Origin: Caecitellus pseudoparvulus
Lineage: Eukaryota > Protista > Bigyra: Bicosoecida
DNA length: 64,000 nucleotides
Direction of reading: 5' to 3'
Assembly (NCBI GenBank): GCA_965644315.1
Contig: CBFFRQ010000068.1
Coordinates: 372,001 to 436,000, forward strand
Shown: piece by piece, positions 37,101 through 46,516 of the stretch
Numbering within the stretch: the first letter of the stretch is position 1
How the letters are laid out: each line of letters opens with the position of its first letter
Made by a program: the position numbers and the translations under genes
The notes under the pieces: generated by a model
What the model was told of the DNA's origin: nothing
The model's input: only the letters and a program-made list of their open reading frames with translations
The model's database searches: none

Positions 37101-40100
37101 TGGGGCTGGCGCCGCCCGTCAGTGACTGGGGCGCAGACCTGTGGCCCCTCCTGCGCCACGTGTCCGCGTCTGGCGCCACCACCGTAGGGCCAGATGGGCT
37201 GGCACATGCCGTGGGGGGTGCACTGGGGGTGGACCCCACCCTGGTGGCGCTGGACATGGCCCTGGGGGGTGCTGGGGCCCTGGTGGGGAGTCGCAGCAGC
37301 GGCGGCGGCGGCCCACCCTCTCCACACCCCAGTGCAGGTCGGGATGGTGGCGAGGGGGCGTCTGCCGTGTCTGAGGGGGGAGGCGAGCTTGGGGAGGGGG
37401 GGGTCGGCAACGAGCCTGTGCCCCCCTCACTCACACGTGTCCGGGCGGGGGGCAGCGTGTTGCCGGCGCTGCAGGGCAGCCCTGGGCCCATGGTGGCGGC
37501 TGTGGGCGCACTGGGTGGCGCCACCCTTTCCGCCCCCCTCACGCCCGCCTACTTCGATGCCCAGGCGTGCTTTGCCGACGATGGCGTGGTTGCCCTGCCC
37601 TTGCCACGCCGCCCAGGCGGCGGGACCACCCTGGCCCCCCCCCTGCCCCCCCCCGTCGCACCCTCCGCCCTGCCCCTGGCCACGGGGCGCCACATCCGGT
37701 CTGGGGCGCAGTGGGGAGACCCCCTGTGGGGCCTGCCCGGGGCGGAGGCGCCCGGCGGCCTGCCTGCCCAGCACAGCATTGCATGGCTGGACACAGCCGA
37801 CGGCGGGGCAGCCCTGGCGCCGGCGCCGACACGGCAGCCCCTGGCTACGCCGCAGCCGGACACACGCTTGGCGCCAGGCACGGCCCTGGTGGTGGCCCTG
37901 GCGGGGCGGGGTCTGCCCGGCGTGTGGCACACAGGCAGTGGGCGCATGGCGGAGGTCATGGGCCCACCCCCCGACTTGCGGTGGCTGCTGCCCCCCCCCA
38001 GCCTGCTCCCGGGCCCCGTCCCTCCCGCACCGCCCCACCCCGCCGCGGCGACCGCCCACCCCCATGCCATGGTTCTGGCTCGAAGGAACAGAGCCGCCCA
38101 GACACAGGGTTTGCAAGGGGCAGTGGCGGCGTTCTTGGAACACGTACAGGCGGAACACCCGGACGCTGCTGCCGGCATGGCTGCGGTGTTGGCGGCCTTG
38201 GGGCTGCCGAGTGCTGCCCCCGCCCCCACCTCAGGGCGGCCTGGCAGCAAGAAGGGGGGTCGAGGGGGGGGCGCAGCGGACAGCACAGGGCGGGAGGCGG
38301 AAGGTGTGGCCGCATGGCAGCCCCCCAGCTCCCCGGGGACAGGGGGCGACGCGTGGAGCCACTCCGCCGCTGGCAGTGCGGAGGGGGGGCCCACCACCGC
38401 ACCTTGGCGCCGGTATGCGGAAGATGACCCCATGGCGGCGTTGGAGCCATGGGCCCACCCCGCGCCAGAGCTGGGCCCACACCTCTCCCCCTGGTATGCC
38501 GTGTGGCTGCAGTGCAATGGCGGTGTTCCGCCTGCTGCCGTCGTGGGCAGCACAGCCACAGACAGTGTTCCAGCCCCAGGCAAGCGGGAGGTGCAAGCGT
38601 TGGCCCCCATTCGCTCTGTTCCTACTGTTACCGGAACACCCGCGGCCGCCCTGGTGCAGCGCTGGCGCGCCACCGGCGTCGTCGTGGACGGCTTGCGCCT
38701 GGCGCCGCCTGGCGAGACGCCGTCGGGGGGAGGGGACATCGTGGCCCCCCCTCCTGCCCTGGGGCAGGCGCCCCAGCCTGAGCTGGGGAGTGGTGGGCCC
38801 ACCCCCCACGGCAGCCTGACACGTCCGGGGGGCAGCTTCATGGCGCTGTCTGCCAATGGAGCACAGGTGCTGGAGCCGCCCCTGGCGCCGGGCGGCGTGT
38901 CCCTGGTGGGGGCTGTCGCCGTGTCCACTCTGGAGCCCCTGCCAGAGGGGGTGGGGGAGGTGCCTGCACAGAGCATGACTGGCCCAGCGTCAGGCGCCGG
39001 CGCCCCCCCCGCCGGGTGGGGGTCCCTCCCCACCGCAGGCTTCGCCCCCGGCTCCATCACCCTGGTGGATGCGCCAGACCCCCTGCTGCCTCTGGATGCG
39101 GCGGGTGGGCCCACCCTCCGCAGAGAAGCCTACGCTGGGACCCTCGGCCTGAATTGCTTGGCCATGGCGCCTGGCACACCCCCCGCTCCCTGGCTCGTGA
39201 CGCCAGCCCACCCTGGGCCCTCTCGCCCCCACCTGGACTGGGCCGCTGGGTGGGGGTCCGACGTCGCAGCGGTGCTGGGGAGCGGGGATACCGCCGCCGT
39301 GGGGCAGGGGGTGCTCCCCCCCGCCACGGCTGCCTGGCTGGAAGGGGGCGAGGAGGGGGCTGTGGAAGCCCCCTCGAACCCCCTCCCGAACCCCCTCCAG
39401 GCCCCTGCCGAGGATGGTGCCCGGAGCGGGCGGGCGAAGACCCCCCCCTCCAGAGGCAGCGGCAGGGGGGCTGCCAAGTCCTCCAAGGCCTCGGACCTGC
39501 CCCCTGCCCCCACCCCCCCCGTGTCACGCCGCGCCGTGTCCCTGGCCGACCTGCCACCGGCACTGGCTGCCTTGCTGCAACCAGCGGAGCCGCTTAGCGG
39601 CGGCCTGGGCAGCACTGCTCCGGGGGGGAGAGGCCCCGGCCCAGCCGCGGACCTGGGCACATTGGCGCTGCCCCCGCTAGGCCCGCCTGCCTGTGTGCCC
39701 CCATGTTCTGGATCCGCATCCGGTGTTCCGGGTGAGGTCCCCCTCGGCGCCCCTGCACCAGGCTGGGCTGCGGCGGTGCCCTCATTGCCCCTGCTGCCCG
39801 CTGGTCGAGCTGAGGACGTGCTGTCCGACGACTCCGAGTCAGACGCAGAGGAAGATGCAGCTATGGGCGGTGCGGGCACCCGTGCCACCCCCCGCACCCG
39901 CCCCTCCCCCATGCCTAGCCTGGCGCAGGCTGTCCAGAGCTTCGGCGGCATCCCAGGCCTGCAGCTGCCACCTGACGTGGAGGTGGGCAGCATCGCGCCC
40001 CTGGTGGGCTGGACACCTGCCATGGCGAGCCAGCTGCAAGGCGGTGCCCAGTCTGCCCGTTTCGCGCCGCTGCTGCCAGACTCTGCACCTCCGCCGCCGC

Positions 40101-41182
40101 CAGCTGACAGTGCGCCCGGCAGTGGCAGGAGCACGCCCAAAGCAAAGCGCAGGGGCGGCGGCAGTGGTGGTGCCGCGGATCCTGCAGCGCCGCCGCCGCT
40201 GCCTGCCCTGCGTGGGTCAGACGTGCTGCGCTGCCCTGCGGTGCAGCTGACGCCGCAGAATCTGCAACGCCTGCTGGCGCCGCTGGAGAACGGTGCGCCC
40301 TGGTGCCAACAAGCGCAGCCCAGCCCGCGCAAACACACCCAAGACATGTCCTCTGCTTCTCCACTGGTGTGCGAAGGGGACGGCGCGGCGGCAGGCTGGC
40401 CGCTCAGCCTGCGCTGGCTCGCTGCAGGCGTGCTGCTGGCGCGCATGCAGGCAAGAAACGCCCCCGTCGCTGCACAGCCCAGCAGCGCAGACAGCGTGCA
40501 CGGCGACCTGCAACGTGCACTGCAGTCTTTGGTCGAGCTGCCGGAAAGTGCCTCCACTCCCACGTCCTCAGCCGACCTTGCAGCTGCCATGGCGGTGTTG
40601 GTGAAGGTTGCTGCGTTGCCGCAGGGACCCGCCGTGCGTGCGACCCGTTTCGCAAAGGACGGCTCCTTGCAGCCCGACCCCAGCGTGCCGCCTGCCCCAC
40701 AGGCATTCGTGCAGGCTGTGTTGGCCTTTCAATCCGCTGCACTGCAAGCCATGCGCTTCGACGCGGCTGCCTCAGCTTGTCTGGGCAAACCGGCAGCGGT
40801 GCCGCCGCCGCTGGGCGCCTGCCTGCCCGACGACCTCCTGGCCCAGGTAAGCAGGGACATGCTGGAGGCTGCGCTGACTGGCTCCGCGCCTGAACCAGCC
40901 TTGCCCCCCCCTGTGGACTGGGCAGAGCGCGTGCTCGCCACGGATGAACTGCGGAATCTGGACGCTGCCTGCCGCCTGGGCGGCTCGTGGTGTGCGCCCG
41001 ACAGCCAAGGCAGCACGGGGGCCGTGACACGCGCTGCCAGCACGTTCAGGCAGTGGGTGCTGGGCGGGGAGGCCCCGGCCGAGTCCCCCTTGCCACAGCC
41101 CCTGCCTGCTCTGGGCCTGCCAGAGGGACTGGCGGTTGAAGCAGTGGATGCCCCAGTGGCAGCTGCGGCGGCGACACCCTGA
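34163..41182 (+). CDS. CFAP221: Cilia- and flagella-associated protein 221 (PCDP1/FAP221), central-pair C1d subunit; ~2290 aa
   Basis: Introns 34407-34473 and 34584-34663. PSVVHFGGY..IVNVS, VTVTF..EWKYHYDFIRV..LHAYPVM, PVEFEF..LSGVIPGNG.V...FTP..SQF and LRLP..AVNDVLMQAPGKL match the PCDP1 N-terminal ASH-like domains. Confidence 0.9.
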
Positions 41183-41416
41183 CACAGCTGCTGCAGATGT
41201 GGCAGCCCGGACCAATGCAATTTCCAAGTGCCCAAGCGCCGGCTGCTGCTCCTCCCTGGAAGCCCCCCCACTCGTACATGTCGCCCTGGCTGCTGCCAGC
41301 TCACCAGCACGTCAGCCACCAGCACCAGCACTCAGCCAGCCAGCAGCGCCGCCCTCACCGCCACAGCAGTGCCGGGAGACGCAGAGCTGTGATTGAGGAC
41401 TTGTAGCGGGTGCACC

Positions 41417-42885
41417 ATGGCATCCTCCGCGAACATGGACGAGCAGTCGGACCGCCTGCCAGAGGAGATGCTGAAAGGTGCCTGCCTGCCGACCTGCTGA
41501 GCTGGACAGAAACGCCGGTGGCACGCCTTGCACGCCGACGCCACGCAGGCCTCACGCACGACTCCATCTTGATTTCCAAGAAGGACCTGGTGATTGGGGA
41601 GGAAATCGGCAAGGGCGCCTTCTCCAGAGTGTACAAAGGCACTTACAAGGGAATCCCCGTCGCTGTGAAGAAGCAGACAATCAGGTGAGCAGGTGCAGTG
41701 CAGCACTGCCACGCCTCGGCGCTGCCGGCTGTTTCCCACGGCACAGCGCGGCACCGCCCCCGCACGCAGCGAAGAGAACCCGGAAAAGTTCCTTATGACT
41801 GAGCTTGGCGTCTTGCAGTGAGTGCCCCGCGCGGCTTGTGTCGCTGTTGCCTACGCCCCCACACCTGAGTTGCATTCTCTGCAGCGGCGTGAAGCACCCC
41901 AACCTCATCCGGTACTACGGCGCCTCCTTCGAGGGCAAGGAGATCTTCATCATCACCGAGCTCATGGTGGGCGGTGGTGCGTCGCCTGGTGCCTGGCACC
42001 CGCCCTTCCTCCCCTCCCACCCCTCTCCCGCCACCCCGCCCACCGCAGAACTGAAGCAGCTGCTGGACAAGGAGGACTTCAAGCTGCCGTGGAAGCTGCG
42101 CGTGCGCATCGCCCGAGACATCGCCGCCGCCATCTGCTACCTGCACGAGCAGCAGCTGCTGCACCGCGATATCAAGCCCGACAACGTCCTCATCGACGAC
42201 GACTGGCGCCCGGTGCTGTCCGACTACGGCTTCGCCCGCAAGCGCCAGACGGCGGCCGCCATGACCATCTGCGGCACAGAGGAGTTCATGGCGCCGGAGA
42301 TGATCTGGGGCGAGGACTATGACGAGCGCGTGGTGCGTGCCACGGCGTGCCACCCTCCTGCACCCACCCCCCCTTCACCCCCCCTCACCCCCCCCCCCTC
42401 AGGATGTCTTCTCCTTCGGCATGCTGCTGGTGGAGATGATCACGGGGCGGCGCCCCGGCAAGCATGGCTGGCTGGAGCGCACACCCCGGAACAAGTTCAA
42501 CTTCGAGATGGCAGACCTGGAAGCCGCCATCCCGCCCGAGTGCCCCGACAGCCTCACGGAGTGCGTGAAGCAGTGCCTGGCCTACGAACCGGACGACCGC
42601 CTGGACTCGGACAGCATGCTGGAGTGGCTGCAGGAGCTGTACGCGGAGATGGAGGGCGACGAGGCGGCGCCCAAGCCCACCGACATCCTGGGCGGCGCCG
42701 CCATCGGCTCCGCCTCCCATGCCGACGCCCAGGCCAAGGCGGCCCAGGACGCCGTGGCGGCAGCCGTGGCAGGGCAGGGTACTGCGGGGGGCAGCTCCGC
42801 CTTCGCCTCCAAGCTGGCGCCTCGCAGACCCGCCTTCAAGCCCAGCCTGGGCGGGGTGGGGGAGGCCTCTGTCATCGAGGAGTAG
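41417..42885 (+). CDS. Protein kinase, TKL group (LISK/TESK-LIMK-like), ~367 aa
   Basis: Five introns (41478-41548, 41685-41769, 41818-41884, 41977-42048, 42333-42402) give IGKGAFSRVYKG, VAVK, HPNLIRYYG, HRDIKPDN, DYGFARK..MTICGTEEFMAPE and DVFSFGMLLVEMIT. Confidence 0.9.
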
Positions 42886-42938
42886 TGCGGGGGGAGGGCG
42901 CTGCTGTTGCATGAATTCACACCATCACACCCACCACG

Positions 42939-44983
42939 CTACACCCCGGCAGTGCGGCCCTCCTCCACCACCGGCACGACGAGGCCCGCCAGTGAGCCGT
43001 AACTCTTGGCGCCCGGCATGCCTGCGCGGGGCAGGGGGTTGGATGCCGCCGAGCCAGCCGACACGACAGAGGCGGAGGAGGGGAAGGGAGAGGTGGAGGA
43101 GGGTGGGGGGGGCAGGTCCAGGCGGGAGCCGCCCCCTACACCCTTGCCGGGCAGCTTGTGGGGGGGCACCGTCCACCCCGTCGCCGCGACCAGCTCCCGT
43201 GCAGCCCACTTGGCAGCCTCCGGCGCAAGGGTGGTCAGGCACTCTTCCAAGCCGGCCTGCGTGGCGGCGGCGTCGGCGGCGGTGAAGGCCAGGGGGGGCT
43301 TCATCTTGATGACGTTGTTGAAGGGGCCGTCCGTGGACACCAGGATGTGGTGCACGTCGCGCATGCGCCGCGTGACGGCGGTGGCCAGGCGTGGCAGCGG
43401 CACCTTCGTGTCCCGGGACGCCACCAGCTCCAGCCCCACGAACATGCCCCGCCCCCGCACGTCACCCACGTACTGCCCGCCCTCAGGGTGCTCCGCCAGG
43501 GCGCGGAAGCCCTCCAGCAGTGCCTGCCCCACCGTCGCTGCGTGGGCCATGAGGCCCTCCGCCTTGATGACGCGCAGCACCGCCAGCCCCGCCGCACAGG
43601 CCACGGGGTTGCCGCCGTACGTGTTGAAGTAGGGCATGCCGTTGTTGAAGGAGGCGGCGATGGCGGGCGTCGTCACCACAGCGGCCAGCGGGAAGCCGTT
43701 GCCGATGGGCTTGCCCAGTGTTACGATGTCGGGCACGACACCTTGCTGCTGAAACGCCCACCAGTGCGTGCCGACGCGGCCGAAGCCCACCTGCACTTCG
43801 TCTGCGATGCAGACCCCTCCCGCGCTACGCACGGCACTGTACACGCCTTGCAAGTACCCCTTGGGCAGGATGATCTGCCCGCCGCAAGACAGCATGCTCT
43901 CGGCAATGAACGCTGCCACTTGCTGGCCACCTGCCGCCACACGCTCCACAATGCCGCTTACTTCGCTTGCGTACGCTTCCCCCACAGCTTCATCCTCCAG
44001 GCTGCCCGTGTGGGGGCCACGGTATGCATCAGGTGCAGTGCAGATGTGCACGTTTGGGTATGGCGCAGTCAGCTCGTCCTTGTCCAGGGTGTACGACGGC
44101 CCCTTTGCCTCGTGCTCTTTCAAACACCGCAACTTGTACGTGGACAGCGGCGTCAGCGCTGCCGTGTGCCCGTGGTAGGCATGGTCCACGGCGATCCACT
44201 GGTCGCCTTTCGTGTGCGCCATGGCCAGGCGCATGGCCAGGTCGTTGGCCTCGGAGCCTGAGTTGACAAAGAACACCTTCGTCAGGTCGCTGCCCTCAGG
44301 CATGGTGCCCAGCAGCTCCTCCGCAAACTGCACCAGGGTGGGGTGCAGGTACCGGCTGTTGGTGTTCAGGGTGCCCATTTGCTCCGACACAGCCTTCACT
44401 ACAGCCGGGTGGCAGTGCCCCAAATGGCACACCTGTGCAGAGGCCCAGGCGTGGCGGTGAAGGTGCAAGCCAGGGCAGCTGAGGACCACCTGGCCCATGC
44501 ACTGGCGAACGCACGTTGTTCACTCCATCGAGGTACTTCTGCCCTGAAGCGTCAATGAGAAACTGGGCCTCTCCCTTTGTGATAAGTAGAGGGTCATCGG
44601 ACTGGTGAATCCTGCTCAGGTGCGAGGGGGGAGGTGTGAGGCTCCCTCGGTAGGGTTGCCGCTGCGGAACTTGAGCGGAAGTTTGCTCCCGTTCAAGTTC
44701 CCTAAACGCCCACCAGGGGACAGTAAGGTCGCACAGGGCACATAAACAGGATGGTTTTAAGATGTTCCGCAGCTCTCCATGCACCGCAAGTCACATCCGG
44801 AGCTACTAGGGAGCTGCAGATGCAGCGCCACCTCTCGGGCGGATCAGCCGCACACAGTTTCCCCTTATTGGAGGAACAAACGAGCCAGGCAACGCGGCAG
44901 TCAACAACTCACTGGAGATTCGCACCAGTCACAGCCTGGCGCCGTTGCCAAAGCGCCTCCTTCTCTGAGGTTGCACTGGCCAT
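42939..44983 (-). CDS. PLP-dependent class III aminotransferase family, ETNPPL/PHYKPL (AGXT2L) phospho-lyase-like, ~553 aa
   Basis: Exons 44983-44913, 44611-44515 and 44432-42939. Motifs [74 protein letters not shown] (PLP lysine) and YFNTYGGNP. Confidence 0.9.
44612..44912 (-). ncRNA. Candidate structured RNA inside a 301-nt intron
   Basis: The intron is about 4x the local norm. Nested stems: 44641-44653 with 44803-44814, 44661-44670 with 44764-44773, and hairpin 44666-44701. No family recognised. Confidence 0.3.
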
Positions 44984-45406
44984 GGTGATTCTGTGGAGGA
45001 GCAGGGAGCACTGATTCTGTGCAAGCTGGTCCCTCTTCAAGAGGCCTCACGCCGCCCACAACAATGCTCACCTGAGCAAGAAGCAGAAAACTCTCAATTT
45101 ACCGAAACGAAATTTGAAAATTCAACTTTTCGTCGGCAGGTTGGTTTTGTCTGCGTCACAAGAAGAAGGGCAAGTCAGACGCCTGTTCAACTCTGCAACG
45201 CAGGCGAAACGCGCTCCGCACGCGGAATCTAGCTTCACCCGAGACACGCAAGCAAGCTTTTGAAGAACCACAAATCCAAAAACTACCATTCTTTCTCAAT
45301 GTTTCCTGGACCACCATCTTTTGGCCTAGTGAGCAGTTGGGTTGCAACAGGGTTGTGCCCATGCTCGCACGGTCTGCACCTTGCGTTTCATCCAGCTTGG
45401 CCTGGC

Positions 45407-46370
45407 ATGCTCAAACAGCGAAGCCGCTCCGGGGGTCGCTCTCGGCGCTTGGCACGTGGAAGTGGCATTCAGATGAACAAAGGAACAAACATTGACGTAT
45501 GCGAGCTTTCAGAGGCACATGACCCAAAGGTGCGGGGTGGGAGGCGTCTGGAGAGGGGTGGCGTTTCATCAGCCAACAAGAGCCCCGTCGCACGTCTGTG
45601 CTGGGACACAAAGCCCACGCCTTGCACCCACACAGGCCATCCAAGCATTGTGGAAAGAGGGGTTTCAAGAAATGGGGCCGTTTATCCGGGACATGTTGCT
45701 GCAACACCCTGTCACCCTGTGCGCGGCATTCAGCCTGTGCACAGGGCTGGCAGCCACCTTGGGCTGCGGTTTGGACGTCTGTTGCAGCATCGGAGCAGCT
45801 GCACTGCTGACATGCCACAGCCTGGTACCTGCAGTGTTCATGTGGGCACAGTCCCTCGGCATCTCCCGAATCTGGGACATGCAGCCAGGGAACCAACTCA
45901 GGGCTTGGCGCCCGACCACCCCGTCGCCGCACCCCGCCAACATGTGGGTTGCGACGTCCCGCGATCCCCAGCACGTTGTGGGCGTGCTGGGGATCTTAGC
46001 AGGCTCAGCCACTGTGGCCATGCCAGCGCTCAAGTCCCTCGCACAACGCAGTGCGGCTGGCCACGCCCACGTGCACCCACCACCAGTCTTGCGTGCTGCC
46101 GAGCGTGCCCACCTCGGCAAGGGAGGGAACTGCACCGTCTTCCGCGTATCAGTTGCTCCCCAGGCGAGGGGCAGAGGGGTGGGAAGGCTCCTCATGGCCA
46201 CTGCTGAGCGCTGGGCTTTGCAGCAAGGCTTCACTGCGGTGCAACTCACCACCGCCTCTCCCACCGCCATCGCCTTCTACCTCCGCCTGGGCTACCGCAT
46301 TCACAAGCAGAAAGTGCGCCTGTTTGACTTCCAAGTGGTGCATATGACCAAGAGCCTTGTAGGCATGTGA
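45407..46370 (+). CDS. GNAT acetyltransferase, NAT8/camello-like
   Basis: Start at 45407 or 45473, intron 45530-45635. A hydrophobic segment is followed by motif A VFRVSVAPQARGRGVGRLLM and AIAFYLRLGY. Confidence 0.85.
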
Positions 46371-46516
46371 CAGTATCAGACTCTGCGACTGCCTTTGCCA
46401 AGTCATGGCAGAACAGTCAAATGAATTCACACATCGCATCACAATACAGTCCCATGTGCTGACAGGCAGCGCAAGAAGCACTGCTGTGGCCCATGCAGCA
46501 ATACAAAAGACAGCAC

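Noticed and set aside
44612-44912. TPP, lysine or cobalamin riboswitch, SRP RNA, RNase P/MRP or U17 identity for the long intron
   Set aside because: Only isolated words match (GAACUUGA, AGAGG..AGUA, AAGGGGAA, AGCUACU.GGGAG, AAACCAU). The required companion motifs and spacing are missing, so it is kept only as an unassigned candidate.
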